In this document: positions 7,564 to 18,675 of the stretch, in pieces | Layout: every line of letters begins with the position of its first letter | Numbering within the stretch: position 1 is the stretch's first letter | NCBI RefSeq assembly: GCF_003013245.1 | Contig: NZ_PXYY01000001.1 | Span: 31,473-63,472 of the forward strand | Direction of reading: 5' to 3' | Length of the DNA stretch: 32,000 bases | DNA from: Neisseria iguanae | GTDB lineage: Bacteria; Pseudomonadota; Gammaproteobacteria; Burkholderiales; Neisseriaceae | The notes under the pieces: generated by a model | Database searches by the model: none | What the model saw: the letters and a program-made list of their open reading frames with translations, nothing else | Told to the model about the DNA's origin: nothing | Made by a program: the position numbers and the translations under genes

Positions 7564-7765
7564 GTTAAATTCCGTTATGTTTTTTAAACAACCGGGTGCA
7601 ATTATACGATGATTCAAGTAGGTTTTGTATTGTCTTTGCATGCCAAAGGCCGTCTGAAGCCATGAATTTGGTGTCGAGATTGTTTATAATGCCGGCAACG
7701 GTCGGAATGATTGCTCAAACGGCCTTTGCACTGCCTTCAAACCAAACGAGATAAAGAGAGAAAAT

Positions 7766-8425
7766 ATGTTTGAAAAACAAAAAGTTATTGCTATTGACGG
7801 GCCAAGTGCTTCAGGAAAAGGAACGGTTGCTTCGCGCGTGGCTGCTGCCTTAGGTTTTGATTATTTGGATTCGGGCGCGCTTTACCGGCTGACTGCGCTG
7901 TACGCCCAAAAAGAAAACGTGGAATGGACGGATGAGGCAGATGTGGCCAAGTTGGCAGAAAATTTGCCGGCTGAGTTTGCCGGACAAAAAGTTTTGCTGA
8001 ACGGTGAAGACGTTTCCGGACAAATCCGCAGCGAAACCGTCGGCATGGGCGCATCGGCCGTCGCGCAATTGCCGAAAGTACGCACCGCCTTATTGCAACG
8101 CCAGCGCGATTTTCTGACTGATAAAGGCTTGGTGGCCGACGGACGCGATATTGGTTCGGTGATTTTTCCTGATGCCGCGCTTAAAGTTTTTCTGACCGCC
8201 AGCGCACAAGTGCGTGCCGAACGCCGCGCCAAGCAAATCGGCTTACCGTGCGAAGGTGTGGAATTCTACCGTATTTTGTCAGATATCGAGGTGCGTGATG
8301 AAGCTGATCGCCGCCGCGCTGTTGCGCCGTTGCAGCAATTACCGGATGCGCAACTTTTAGATACTACTGATTTGGGTATTGAAGAAAGCGTAAAAAAAGT
8401 GCTTGATTGGTATAGCAAAGTCTGA
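7766..8425 (+). CDS. cmk: Cytidylate kinase
   Basis: VIAIDGPSASGKGTVASRVA P-loop, ...YLDSGALYR..., 219 aa. The cmk-rpsA-ihfB order is conserved. Confidence 0.95.
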   Translation: MFEKQKVIAIDGPSASGKGTVASRVAAALGFDYLDSGALYRLTALYAQKENVEWTDEADVAKLAENLPAEFAGQKVLLNGEDVSGQIRSETVGMGASAVAQLPKVRTALLQRQRDFLTDKGLVADGRDIGSVIFPDAALKVFLTASAQVRAERRAKQIGLPCEGVEFYRILSDIEVRDEADRRRAVAPLQQLPDAQLLDTTDLGIEESVKKVLDWYSKV

Positions 8426-8671
8426 AAATTACTGTATAATTCTCTATTTGATTTCAGACGGCCTTTTATCTTGGAAGGCCTCACCTGAAAAAAATATAGT
8501 CGGTTAAAAATAGTCGGTTAATGTTAAGAAAGCGGCAAAGCGCATTCGGTGCATTGCCGTTCCTACCTTTGCAATCTTTATATTCGAATTTGACGCTTGC
8601 CGTGCCAAGGGCGGCAAACGATGTCCAACCTACCCCGCACCCCTTGGCGGTGTACCGAAAAGAGTTATTTT

Positions 8672-10354
8672 ATGTCTATGGAAAATTTTGCTCAGTTATT
8701 GGAAGAAAGCTTCACCCTGCAAGAGATGAATCCAGGTGAGGTGATTACCGCTGAAATAGTGGCAATCGACCAAAACTTTGTGACCGTTAACGCAGGTCTG
8801 AAATCAGAATCTCTGATTGACGTAGCTGAATTCAAAAACGCTCAAGGCGAAATTGAAGTTAAAGTCGGTGACTTTGTTACCGTGACCATCGAATCTGTTG
8901 AAAACGGCTTCGGTGAAACCAAACTGTCCCGTGAAAAAGCCAAACGCGCTGCCGATTGGATCGCTTTGGAAGAAGCAATGGAAAACGGCGATATCTTGTC
9001 CGGCATAATCAACGGCAAAGTCAAAGGCGGCCTGACCGTGATGGTCAACAGCATCCGCGCGTTCTTGCCGGGCTCTTTGGTCGACGTCCGTCCGGTAAAA
9101 GATACTTCACACTTTGAAGGCAAAGAGATTGAATTTAAAGTCATCAAATTGGACAAAAAACGTAATAACGTGGTGGTGTCGCGCCGTGCCGTTTTGGAAG
9201 CTACTTTAGGTGAAGAGCGCAAAGCCTTGCTGGAAAATCTGCAAGAAGGTGCGGTTGTCAAAGGTATCGTTAAAAACATCACCGATTATGGTGCATTCGT
9301 TGATTTGGGAGGTATCGACGGTTTGCTGCATATCACCGACTTGGCATGGCGCCGTGTGAAACACCCAAGCGAAGTGTTGGAAGTCGGCCAAGAAGTTGAA
9401 GCCAAAGTATTGAAATTCGACCAAGATAAACAACGCGTTTCTCTGGGTATGAAACAATTGGGAGAAGATCCATGGAGCGGTCTGACCCGTCGTTACCCGC
9501 AAGGTACCCGCCTATTCGGTAAAGTGTCTAACCTGACCGACTACGGTGCATTCGTTGAAATCGAACAAGGTATCGAAGGTTTGGTACACGTTTCTGAAAT
9601 GGACTGGACCAATAAAAATGTACACCCAAGCAAAGTGGTTCAATTGGGCGATGAAGTAGAAGTAATGATATTGGAAATTGATGAAGATCGTCGTCGTATT
9701 TCTTTAGGCATGAAACAATGTCAGGCCAACCCATGGGAAGAATTTGCTGCCAACCACAACAAAGGTGACAAATTGTCTGGTGCGGTTAAATCGATTACCG
9801 ATTTCGGTGTATTCGTAGGCTTGCCCGGCGGTATTGACGGTTTGGTTCACTTGTCTGACCTGTCTTGGACTGAGTCCGGTGAAGAAGCCGTTCGCAAATA
9901 CAAAAAAGGCGAAGAAGTTGAAGCCGTCGTATTAGCCATTGATGTTGACAAAGAACGCATTTCTTTGGGCATCAAACAATTGGAAGGCGATCCATTCGGT
10001 AGCTTTATTGGCGTAAATGATAAAGGAGCTTTGGTTAAAGGTGCTGTGAAGTCTGTTGACGCTAAAGGCGCGGTTGTTGCCTTGTCTGACGAAGTAGAAG
10101 CTTACTTGCCTGCAGCCGAATGGTCTAGCGAACGCGTTGAAGATTTGCGCAACGTTGTAAAAGAAGGCGATGAAGTTGAAGCCGTTATTGCAACGGTTGA
10201 CCGCAAAAACCGCAGCATCCGTTTGTCTGTAAAAGCCAAAGACGCTAAAGAAAACCGCGAAGCGCTGAACTCAGTAAATTCTGCAGCAACTGTCAATGCC
10301 GGGACTACCAGCCTGGGTGATTTGCTGAAAGCTAAATTGTCTGGTGAAGAATAA
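8672..10354 (+). CDS. rpsA: 30S ribosomal protein S1
   Basis: [49 protein letters not shown]..., with six S1 repeats. The ORF-track start at 8597 is an upstream alternative codon. ATG 8672 follows AAGAG. Confidence 0.95.
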
Positions 10355-10365
10355 GGTTGCAGACA

Positions 10366-10680
10366 ATGACTAAGTCTGAATTAATGGTTCGTTTGGCAGA
10401 GGTTTTTGCCGAAAAAAACGGAAATCAATTGATGGCTAAAGATGTTGAGTACAGTGTAAAGGTTTTGGTAGATACCATGACCCGTTCGCTGGCTCGCGGC
10501 CAACGAATTGAAATCCGCGGTTTCGGCAGCTTCGACTTGAACCACCGTCCTGCCCGCGTGGGTCGTAATCCAAAAACTGGTGAGCGTGTGGAAGTACCTG
10601 AAAAGCATGTTCCGCATTTTAAGCCAGGTAAAGAGTTGCGCGAACGTGTGGACTTGGCTCTGCAAGAGAACGCCAACTAA
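10366..10680 (+). CDS. ihfB: Integration host factor subunit beta
   Basis: [14 protein letters not shown]...[49 protein letters not shown]. Confidence 0.95.
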   Translation: MTKSELMVRLAEVFAEKNGNQLMAKDVEYSVKVLVDTMTRSLARGQRIEIRGFGSFDLNHRPARVGRNPKTGERVEVPEKHVPHFKPGKELRERVDLALQENAN

Positions 10681-10697
10681 AAGCCTGAGTAAGCAAG

Positions 10698-10721
10698 CGC
10701 CGCAGAAATGCGGCGTTTTTT
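10698..10721 (+). terminator. Rho-independent terminator after ihfB
   Basis: CGCCGCA-GAAA-TGCGGCG followed by TTTTTT. Confidence 0.85.
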
Positions 10722-10832
10722 CTTATAAGTTCAGGCAATAAAGAAGTTTCATGTTATAAATGCTTGGAGGCCGGGCGAAATCATTTATAATGGCTGCCTT
10801 TGGTTAGAATTAATAAATAATAAGGTTCAGTA

Positions 10833-11963
10833 ATGAGTGATAGAGAAAATCTGTTTGTCCTGCCAAGTTTTGAAAATCACAGTCCGCTGACTTGGTATCA
10901 GGCTGCCGCCCAGCAGCCTAATTTTATCCGTGATGAAGCGCAAGCCACTGCCATTGAGCATTTAGACCGTTTGTGGACTGAATTGATGATGTTTAAACGC
11001 AAACGCAACCGTTTTTTAGGGCGCAGCCTGTGCTCGCCGCAAGTACCTAAAGGCTTGTACTTTTATGGTGGCGTGGGGCGCGGTAAAAGTTTTCTAATGA
11101 ACGCTTTTTTCGGCTGCCTGCCTTATAAACGCAAACGCCGTGTTCACTTTCATGCATTTATGGCAGAGATTCACCAGCGATTGAAAGGTTTGAAAAGTGA
11201 AGCCAATCCGCTCAAAGCTGTGGCTTCAGAGATTTCTCGGGAAACACGCGTATTGTGTTTTGACGAGTTTCATGTCAGCGATATCGCTGATGCTATGATT
11301 CTTGGTCGTTTGTTGGAAAACTTGTTAAATGAAGGTGCCGTATTGGTGGCAACTTCCAATTACGCACCGTCTGAGTTGTATCCGCAAGGGCAAAACCGTA
11401 GTAGTTTTTTGCCGACCATTGCCCTGATTGAATCAAGCCTGACTGTTTTAAATGTAGATGGTGGCGAAGATTACCGCCTGCGTACTTTGAAGCCGGCTGA
11501 AATTTTCTTTGTGCCGGGCAATGAGGAAAACGAAAACAGACTGGCCGAGTTGTTTAAAGAAATGGCGCACACATCCGAGTTAAATCCCGGCATCAGCATT
11601 ATTCACGACCGTGAAATTCCGCATAAAGCCAAATCGGATAAGGCAATTTGGTTTGATTTCCGTGTGCTGTGTTTCGGGCCGCGCTCGCAAGCCGATTATC
11701 TGTATTTGGCAGAAAATTATGAAGTTGTCTTTGTTTCAAGATTGGAACGGTTGACGCCGCAAGAAAAAGCTGAAGCGCGCCGCCTGACTTGGTTGATTGA
11801 CGTGTTGTATGATTTTCGTGTGAAACTGTGTGCCACCAGCGCAGTCGATGTCCACGATATTTATGTTGAAGGCGATTTCGCTGCAGAATTCGCCCGTACC
11901 GCCAGCCGTATGGTGGAAATGCAGTCTGAAGTGTATTTGGCGCAGCCGCATTTGACATTATAA
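10833..11963 (+). CDS. zapE: Cell division protein ZapE (AFG1-like ATPase)
   Basis: Walker A GGVGRGKS, Walker B VLCFDEFHVSD, 376 aa with the AFG1/ZapE layout. Confidence 0.85.
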   Translation: MSDRENLFVLPSFENHSPLTWYQAAAQQPNFIRDEAQATAIEHLDRLWTELMMFKRKRNRFLGRSLCSPQVPKGLYFYGGVGRGKSFLMNAFFGCLPYKRKRRVHFHAFMAEIHQRLKGLKSEANPLKAVASEISRETRVLCFDEFHVSDIADAMILGRLLENLLNEGAVLVATSNYAPSELYPQGQNRSSFLPTIALIESSLTVLNVDGGEDYRLRTLKPAEIFFVPGNEENENRLAELFKEMAHTSELNPGISIIHDREIPHKAKSDKAIWFDFRVLCFGPRSQADYLYLAENYEVVFVSRLERLTPQEKAEARRLTWLIDVLYDFRVKLCATSAVDVHDIYVEGDFAAEFARTASRMVEMQSEVYLAQPHLTL

Positions 11964-12111
11964 GCATAGGCAATAAAAAGATAAGAAAAAACAGGGCTGA
12001 TTTTTACCAATGGAGATGCTTTCTACCACAAACAAATGAAGTTTGGTAAAATGAAATCTTGTCGGATTTTTAAAACAATATTGCAAAATACAATGAATAT
12101 AAGGACATGAT

Positions 12112-12537
12112 ATGGCTATTGAACGCACCATCTCTATCGTAAAACCGGATGCCGTAGGCAAGAACGTTATCGGTAAAATTTATGACCGCTTTGAAAGTAA
12201 CGGCTTGAAAATCGTTGCGGCAAAAATGAAACATCTGACGCAAGCTGAAGCCGAAGGTTTCTATGCTGTACACAAAGAGCGTCCTTTCTTTGTGGATTTG
12301 GTTAAATTCATGACCAGCGGCCCGGTAATGATTCAAGTATTGGAAGGCGAAAACGCCGTTGCCAAAAACCGTGAGCTGATGGGTGCGACCAATCCTAAAG
12401 AAGCGGCTGCCCATACTATCCGTGCTGATTTTGCCGAGTCCATCGATGCTAACGCAGTACATGGTTCCGACAGCTTGGAAAACGCTGTCATCGAAATCGC
12501 TTACTTCTTCAACGACAGTGAAATCTGCCCTCGTTAA
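12112..12537 (+). CDS. ndk: Nucleoside diphosphate kinase
   Basis: [28 protein letters not shown]...NAVHGSDS (catalytic His motif), 141 aa. Confidence 0.97.
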   Translation: MAIERTISIVKPDAVGKNVIGKIYDRFESNGLKIVAAKMKHLTQAEAEGFYAVHKERPFFVDLVKFMTSGPVMIQVLEGENAVAKNRELMGATNPKEAAAHTIRADFAESIDANAVHGSDSLENAVIEIAYFFNDSEICPR

Positions 12538-12770
12538 TTGACGATCGTCATTCGTTTGAGGCCGTCTGAATGATTTTTCCGAAAGCAATATGTGTTCGGG
12601 AAAACAGACAGACGGCTAAAAGACTTTGTCGAATACATTTTCAGACGGCCTTTTGATAGAATAATGAAAAGGCTATCTGAAAATAAATCTGAAAAGGCTT
12701 TTAAATTAAAGCTGTATTTTGCCATGTCACACAATTTTAATTTAACAGCTTCCAATAATTTAAGATATAG

Positions 12771-13865
12771 ATGAAAACCAATCTGCTGAATTTTGATTTA
12801 AACGGTCTAACTGAATACTTTGCTGCGATGGGTGAGAAGCCATTTCGAGCCAAGCAGGTTATGCGCTGGATTCACCAATCAGGTGCATCTGAATTTGATG
12901 AAATGACCGATTTGGCCAAATCATTGCGCCAAAAATTAAACGGACAAACCAAAGTCGGTATTCCACAATTGATGGCTTCACAAAAATCTGCCGACGGTAC
13001 GCGCAAATGGCTGCTTGATGTTGGCACAGGCAACGGCGTGGAAACAGTATTTATCCCCGAAGCAGAGCGCGGCACTTTGTGTATTTCGTCGCAAGTCGGC
13101 TGCGCGCTGGAATGTACGTTTTGTTCCACCGGTCGCCAAGGTTTCAACCGCAATTTAACCGCCGCTGAAATTATCGGCCAATTATGGTGGGCTAATAAAG
13201 CCATGGGAGTGACACCTAAAAACGAGCGTGTGATTTCTAATGTGGTAATGATGGGTATGGGTGAGCCGATGGCCAACTTTGATAATGTGGTTATCGCTTT
13301 AAGCATTATGCTCAATGACCACGGCTATGGCTTGAGCCGCCGCCGCGTGACCGTATCAACCTCAGGCATGGTGCCGCAGATGGACAGATTACGTGAGGCG
13401 ATGCCGGTGGCTTTGGCAGTGTCGCTGCATGCGTCTAATGATGCTGTGCGTGATGAAATTGTGCCACTGAACAAAAAATACCCGCTGAAAGAATTGATGG
13501 CGGCGTGTCAGCGTTATTTGGTGAAAGCACCACGTGATTTTATTACTTTTGAATATGTTATGCTGGACGGTATTAACGACAAACCGCAACATGCGCGTGA
13601 GTTGATTGAATTAGTGGAAGATGTGCCGTGCAAATTCAATCTGATTCCGTTTAATCCATTTCCGAATTCAGGCTACGATCGTTCTTCCAATGAGAATATA
13701 CGAGTATTCCGCGATATTCTGCAGCAGGCCGGACATGTGGTGACAGTACGCAAAACACGAGGTGACGACATTGATGCGGCTTGCGGTCAGTTGGCAGGTC
13801 AGGTGCAGGATAAAACCAAACGTCAGCAGAAATGGCAGCAGATTTTGGTTGAAAAACAGGGGTGA
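12771..13865 (+). CDS. rlmN: 23S rRNA/tRNA adenine-C2 methyltransferase, radical SAM
   Basis: [18 protein letters not shown] radical-SAM cluster motif. N-terminus [35 protein letters not shown]. Confidence 0.95.
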   Translation: MKTNLLNFDLNGLTEYFAAMGEKPFRAKQVMRWIHQSGASEFDEMTDLAKSLRQKLNGQTKVGIPQLMASQKSADGTRKWLLDVGTGNGVETVFIPEAERGTLCISSQVGCALECTFCSTGRQGFNRNLTAAEIIGQLWWANKAMGVTPKNERVISNVVMMGMGEPMANFDNVVIALSIMLNDHGYGLSRRRVTVSTSGMVPQMDRLREAMPVALAVSLHASNDAVRDEIVPLNKKYPLKELMAACQRYLVKAPRDFITFEYVMLDGINDKPQHARELIELVEDVPCKFNLIPFNPFPNSGYDRSSNENIRVFRDILQQAGHVVTVRKTRGDDIDAACGQLAGQVQDKTKRQQKWQQILVEKQG

Positions 13866-13868
13866 GCA

Positions 13869-14624
13869 ATGAAAGTAAACATTTTACAGTCTTTAATTTT
13901 AATCTTAGCATTGGCGGCGTGTGCCGGTGCGTCCGGTCCGAGTCCGCGCGAGCGTGCGCAACAGGTTTCCAACATTAAAACCCAATTGGCTTTGGAATAC
14001 ATGAGTGTCCAAGACTACCGTCAGGCAACGCAGGCAATTGAAGATGCTTTAAGTTCAAATTCCAAAAACGAAGTGGCTTGGTTGGTACGCGCGCAGATTT
14101 ATCAATATTTAAAGGTGCAGGATAAAGCGCAAGAAAGCTTTTTGAAAGCTTTATCGTTGAAGCCGGATAGTGCGGAAATCAACAACAACTACGGCTGGTT
14201 TGTGTGCAGTCGGATGAATAATCCGGCCGAGTCGATTCAATATTTCGACAAAGCCTTGTCGGATCCGACTTATCCCAGCCCGTATGTGGCGAATTTAAAC
14301 AAAGGCATTTGCAGCGCGAAAATGGGTCAATTTTCGTTGGCTGAAGCGTATTTGGAACGCTCTTTGGCTGCCGCACCACAATTTCCGCCTGCGTTTAAAG
14401 AATTGGCACGAACCAAAATGTTGGCAGGCAGTCTGAACGATGCCGATTATTACTTCCGCCAATACCAAAGTAAGGTTGATGTTTTGCAGGCAGATGATTT
14501 GCTGTTGGGCTGGCGTTTGGCTAATGCATTGGGCAATACCCAAGCGGCTTACGAGTATGAGGCACAATTAAGGGCTAATTTCCCTTATTCCGAAGAACTA
14601 CAGGCAGTGACAACAGGTCGATAA
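13869..14624 (+). CDS. pilW: Type IV pilus biogenesis/stability TPR lipoprotein PilW (PilF in Pseudomonas)
   Basis: Lipobox LALAAC|AG, TPR repeats, and a position between rlmN and rodZ as in other beta- and gammaproteobacteria. Confidence 0.8.
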   Translation: MKVNILQSLILILALAACAGASGPSPRERAQQVSNIKTQLALEYMSVQDYRQATQAIEDALSSNSKNEVAWLVRAQIYQYLKVQDKAQESFLKALSLKPDSAEINNNYGWFVCSRMNNPAESIQYFDKALSDPTYPSPYVANLNKGICSAKMGQFSLAEAYLERSLAAAPQFPPAFKELARTKMLAGSLNDADYYFRQYQSKVDVLQADDLLLGWRLANALGNTQAAYEYEAQLRANFPYSEELQAVTTGR

Positions 14625-14627
14625 TAC

Positions 14628-15485
14628 ATGGAAAACCAACAAAAACCAGCACACAACATCGAAGCAGCAAAAGTATTAGGTAACGAATTGCGCCAATTGC
14701 GTGAGAAGCGGGGCATTAGTATTAGTGAAATCGCAGGCCGTCTGAAATTATCAGCCGAACAAATCCAAGATTTGGAAAAAGGAGATTATTCCAGCTTCTC
14801 CGGCTTGGTATTTGCTACCGGTTTTCTGCGCTCGTATGCACGCTTATTGAAAATGGAAGAGCGGGACATTGCAAGCCGTCTGAAAGCCGTTGTGCCGCAA
14901 GCAGCTGATCACGTTTATGCGGTAAAGCGCGAGAAAGATGCCGGTTTTAACTACCCAAGCGTAGAAAAAAACGGTTTTCCCAAATGGATTTTAGGAGTAG
15001 CTGCGTTGGTATTAATTGTCGGCGGCATTTATGCTTGGCAGAATAAATCCAACTTGGAAAACACTCATCAATATACACAAGACAGCAGTGCCGTGCAAAA
15101 CAGTCTGCAAGCCCCGGCTTTGAAAGCCAGTAATGTCGGAGTATCGAAAATGCCCGATCAAGATACACAGGTCATCGCTGCGGCTTCAACAGCCGTTGCT
15201 GCTTCTTCCGCTTCCGAGCCGAAAATCGAAGTGGCTGCCGATGAATTGTGGGTGAAAGTCCAATACCGCAGTAATCTGATTATTCATGATAAAGACGGCA
15301 AAATGGTATTCAGCAATATCATTCCGGCCGGCAGCGAGCGGCGTTTTAAAGGCGGTGCACCTTATGAAGTCTGGGTTGGTATTGCTGCAGGTGCTGAAGC
15401 GAATTATGGCGGCACAACAATTCGTCCGGTTGAATACCGTGCGCCGGGCAAACAGTCTGCCACCTTTATCGCAGGAAAAAAATAA
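14628..15485 (+). CDS. rodZ: RodZ-like HTH/transmembrane cytoskeleton protein
   Basis: N-terminal XRE-type HTH ([38 protein letters not shown]), a single TM ([18 protein letters not shown]) and a C-terminal DUF4115-like beta domain. Syntenic position upstream of ispG. Confidence 0.75.
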   Translation: MENQQKPAHNIEAAKVLGNELRQLREKRGISISEIAGRLKLSAEQIQDLEKGDYSSFSGLVFATGFLRSYARLLKMEERDIASRLKAVVPQAADHVYAVKREKDAGFNYPSVEKNGFPKWILGVAALVLIVGGIYAWQNKSNLENTHQYTQDSSAVQNSLQAPALKASNVGVSKMPDQDTQVIAAASTAVAASSASEPKIEVAADELWVKVQYRSNLIIHDKDGKMVFSNIIPAGSERRFKGGAPYEVWVGIAAGAEANYGGTTIRPVEYRAPGKQSATFIAGKK

Positions 15486-15487
15486 AC

Positions 15488-16753
15488 ATGAATACACTCA
15501 AACGCCGCCAAACACATCAAGTACAAATCGACCACCTGACTGTCGGTTCGAGCGCTCCGGTGGTGGTGCAGTCCATGACCAATACCGATACTGCTGATGC
15601 AGAAGGTACGGCTTTACAAGTTAAAGAATTGAGTGATGCCGGTTCGGAAATGGTGCGGATTACTGTTAATAGTCCTGAAGCGGCTTCCAAAGTTACCGAA
15701 ATCCGCCAGCGCCTTGACGATATGGGCTACAACACGCCGTTGGTCGGTGATTTTCACTTTAACGGCGAGCGATTATTGGCCGAATATCCCGAGTGCGGCA
15801 AGGCGTTGTCAAAATATCGCATTAATCCGGGTAATGTCGGCAAAGGTGTGAAAGGGGACGAAAAGTTTGCCTACATGATTCGCACTGCTGCCGAAAACAA
15901 CAAAGCCGTGCGCATTGGTGTGAACTGGGGTTCTTTGGATCAAAGTTTGGCTAAGCGTATGATGGACGCCAATATGGCTTTGGCTGTGCCGCGTCCGCCG
16001 GAAGAGGTAATGAAAGAAGCTTTGATTGTTTCCGCCTTGGAATCGGCTGAAAAAGCAGCCAACTTGGGTTTGCCGGAAGACAAAATCATTTTGTCGTGTA
16101 AAGTAAGCTCGGTGCAAGACTTGATCCAAGTGTATCGTGAGCTGAGCAGCCGCTGCCAATATCCGCTGCATCTGGGTTTGACCGAAGCCGGTATGGGCAG
16201 TAAGGGCATTGTGGCATCAACGGCAGCTTTGGCGGTATTGCTGCAGGAAGGCATTGGCGACACCATCCGTATTTCTTTAACGCCAGAGCCGGGCAGTTCG
16301 CGTACCCAGGAAGTCATTGTCGGTCAGGAGATTCTGCAAACCATGGGCTTGCGTTCGTTTACGCCGATGGTGACAGCCTGTCCCGGTTGCGGACGAACCA
16401 CCAGCACGGTATTCCAAGAGTTAGCACAAGATGTTCAGAATTATCTGCGCCAAAAAATGAATGTGTGGCGCACGATTTATCCGGGGGTGGAATCCTTAAA
16501 CGTGGCCGTGATGGGCTGCGTAGTCAACGGGCCGGGTGAGAGCAAACTGGCCGACATTGGCATCAGCCTGCCGGGTACGGGTGAAACACCGGTTGCGCCG
16601 GTATATGTGGATGGTGAACGCAAGGTTACTTTGAAGGGTGATAATATTGCAGCCGAGTTTTTGTCCATTGTCGAAGAATATGTGAAAGAAAACTATCGCG
16701 AAGGCGGTGTAAAACGCAGCCAAAATAAGGTGATTCCGATTCAGACTGTTTGA
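15488..16753 (+). CDS. ispG: 4-hydroxy-3-methylbut-2-en-1-yl diphosphate synthase
   Basis: ...[19 protein letters not shown]...ACPGCGRT...[10 protein letters not shown], the [4Fe-4S] cysteine motifs, 421 aa. Confidence 0.95.
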   Translation: MNTLKRRQTHQVQIDHLTVGSSAPVVVQSMTNTDTADAEGTALQVKELSDAGSEMVRITVNSPEAASKVTEIRQRLDDMGYNTPLVGDFHFNGERLLAEYPECGKALSKYRINPGNVGKGVKGDEKFAYMIRTAAENNKAVRIGVNWGSLDQSLAKRMMDANMALAVPRPPEEVMKEALIVSALESAEKAANLGLPEDKIILSCKVSSVQDLIQVYRELSSRCQYPLHLGLTEAGMGSKGIVASTAALAVLLQEGIGDTIRISLTPEPGSSRTQEVIVGQEILQTMGLRSFTPMVTACPGCGRTTSTVFQELAQDVQNYLRQKMNVWRTIYPGVESLNVAVMGCVVNGPGESKLADIGISLPGTGETPVAPVYVDGERKVTLKGDNIAAEFLSIVEEYVKENYREGGVKRSQNKVIPIQTV

Positions 16754-16771
16754 TTTGATTTGATTTGGAAT

Positions 16772-16837
16772 AAAATGCCGTCTGAAACACAACTGTAAAG
16801 CTGATAAGCTTTGCAAAGGTGTTTCAGACGGCATTTT
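16772..16837. terminator. Inverted AT-type DUS pair with 19-bp perfect arms; bidirectional terminator between ispG and the pseudouridine synthase gene
   Basis: AAAATGCCGTCTGAAACAC (16772-16790) pairs with GTGTTTCAGACGGCATTTT (16819-16837). T-runs lie on both sides. Confidence 0.75.
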
Positions 16838-16841
16838 TGTT

Positions 16842-17765
16842 TTACAAACTTTGTTTACTCTCAAAATGCCGTATCTCTCCACTTATCGGATCTTGAAACG
16901 CAATACGTTTTGCCAATAATTTCAACGGTTTTTCATAATCTTCATCACCCGCTGCCGCTACGGTCGGATACAGCGCGTCATTGAGCAGCGGCATATCCAA
17001 ACGCATCATGTGCACGCGAAGCTGGTGTTTTTTACCGGTATGCGGATAGAGGCGGTACAAGCCGTAGTTGCCGCGTTGTTCGATTAACTCAATCACCGTA
17101 TGTGCATTCGGTTCGCCTTCGACTTCTTTGGTGAGGAAAAACATATCTCCGCGTACCATGCGCGAACGGACTTCCACCGGATAAACCAAATCGGTACGCA
17201 GCGGCGCAACTGCCTTATAAACCTTGTGTACCGTTTTTTCCTGAAACATGATTTGATAATCACGCCGGGAGGCCGGATTATGCGACAGCAGTATTACCCC
17301 GGCGGTGTCTTTGTCCAAGCGGTGCAGCGGCGTAATGTCGGCGACATTCAAATGCTGTAAATCCGGATGCAGGCGCAGCCGTGTCAGCAAGGTTTCGCGC
17401 AAAAAGCGGCCGCTGGGAATCACTGGTAAAAAATGCGGTTTATCGACCACAATCAAATGCTCGTCGATGTGCAGGATTTTTTCGTCAAACGGAATGCGCG
17501 GCTCGTCATCACGGCTGGTTTCGCGGTAGTAATACATCACTTCGCCGGGTACAAACACGGTATGTTCGCTCAAAGGCTTGCCGTCTGCACCGACCACAAA
17601 ACCGCTATTGAGCCGCACCTGCCAGTTTTCCTGCCCGACAGAAGGAAAACGCACGCATAAAAAATCCAGCAAGGGCTTGCCGTAAAAGGTTTTTTCATGC
17701 GGCAGCACCAAGTAGCTGGGTTTGATACCGTCGAGTAAGGGTAGGGGGTTGATACGTTTTTTCAT
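16842..17765 (-). CDS. RluA-family pseudouridine synthase
   Basis: Catalytic motif HRLDKDTAGVILL, plus ...HTGKKHQLRVHM..., 307 aa. Confidence 0.85.
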   Translation of the reverse strand: MKKRINPLPLLDGIKPSYLVLPHEKTFYGKPLLDFLCVRFPSVGQENWQVRLNSGFVVGADGKPLSEHTVFVPGEVMYYYRETSRDDEPRIPFDEKILHIDEHLIVVDKPHFLPVIPSGRFLRETLLTRLRLHPDLQHLNVADITPLHRLDKDTAGVILLSHNPASRRDYQIMFQEKTVHKVYKAVAPLRTDLVYPVEVRSRMVRGDMFFLTKEVEGEPNAHTVIELIEQRGNYGLYRLYPHTGKKHQLRVHMMRLDMPLLNDALYPTVAAAGDEDYEKPLKLLAKRIAFQDPISGEIRHFESKQSL

Positions 17766-17825
17766 AGGGTGGATTGTAGCGTGTGTGTTTTTCAGGGTTT
17801 GCCATTGTAGGTACGGTTAGTCTCA

Positions 17826-17965
17826 CTGCTTTTTCACGGCGTAACCGTACGCAAGCACCATCCTAAATACCGTCTGAAATGGGAATTTTTCAGACGGCAT
17901 TGATTGTTTTTTGAAATAGCTGGATTTTTTGACAGCGTGCGTACGGTTACGCCGTGAAAAAGCAG
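17826..17965. repeat. Perfect 28-bp inverted repeat enclosing a DUS hairpin (140-bp nested-hairpin element)
   Basis: CTGCTTTTTCACGGCGTAACCGTACGCA (17826-17853) is the exact reverse complement of TGCGTACGGTTACGCCGTGAAAAAGCAG (17938-17965). The inner pair is CCGTCTGAAA / TTTCAGACGG (17870-17879 and 17888-17897). Outer GGTACG / CGTACC lie at 17810-17815 and 17975-17980. Confidence 0.8.
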
Positions 17966-17984
17966 CGCGGCGTACGTACCTGCA

Positions 17985-18428
17985 TCATTCTTCCATCTTC
18001 ACCTGCGCCACCAAATGCGCCAGTACCTTCGCCGCCACCGCCAATTCTGCCGGACTCAAATCAGCCGACCATTTTTCCGCCGTTTTTTCCCAGCGTGCAT
18101 ACACTTCGGCATATACCGCTTTGCCTTGTTCGGTTAATGAATACAGCGGCGAGCGTTTGTGTGCCGGATTGTCGTGTGCTTCGATTAAGCCGCTCTCTTG
18201 CAATAAATTCAACTGTTTCTGAGCACCTTGACGGGTAATGCCCATGCGTTCGGCGATTTGTGGTGAGGTTTGCGGCTGTTTGGCCAGATTGAGTGCCCCG
18301 AGCATCTGCCAGCGGGCGGAAGTCAGCCCCAAATCGGCGACAAATTGGTCGCCCCAATGGATTAACAAACCGTTGGCTTGGAAAACCTGTGTGGTCAGCA
18401 GGCCGAAGGCGTGGGAGTGGGTATTCAT
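17985..18428 (-). CDS. MarR-family transcriptional regulator
   Basis: 147 aa with a winged-HTH core ...SARWQMLGALNLAKQPQTSPQIAERMGITRQGAQKQLNLLQESGLIEAHDNPAHKRSPLYSLTEQG... Confidence 0.85.
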   Translation of the reverse strand: MNTHSHAFGLLTTQVFQANGLLIHWGDQFVADLGLTSARWQMLGALNLAKQPQTSPQIAERMGITRQGAQKQLNLLQESGLIEAHDNPAHKRSPLYSLTEQGKAVYAEVYARWEKTAEKWSADLSPAELAVAAKVLAHLVAQVKMEE

Positions 18429-18675
18429 GATGATGCCTTACAAATATTAATTTAATCAGTAAAAAATGGTAATCAGTTGTCGTAAATAAAAGAGTCATTT
18501 AACGGCCGTCTGAAGAAATAATAAAGAAGCGCTGGGTAATCGATTATCTGTTTAAAATCGGATTCAGACAGTTATTATAGGGTTGTAAGTCTAAAGACCG
18601 ATTATCTTCCAGTTGTATCTATCATAAATAATAGGCAATCAGTTGTCAATTTTTCAAAAATTAACACTCATAAAT

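Noticed and set aside
8597-8671. Long N-terminal extensions implied by the ORF track. This one is for rpsA; similar ones exist for der (22387), uraA (7641), xerD (28478), brnQ (30644), ihfB (10357) and ribBA (5493).
   Set aside because: The extensions use upstream or alternative start codons and add non-conserved residues. Internal ATGs give the conserved N-termini with Shine-Dalgarno-like sequences.
12070-12588. 172-aa minus-strand ORF
   Set aside because: It is antisense to ndk, which is unambiguous.
16751-16768. TGATTT x3 microsatellite starting at the ispG stop codon
   Set aside because: Three units only, lying outside coding sequence after the stop codon, with no frame consequence.
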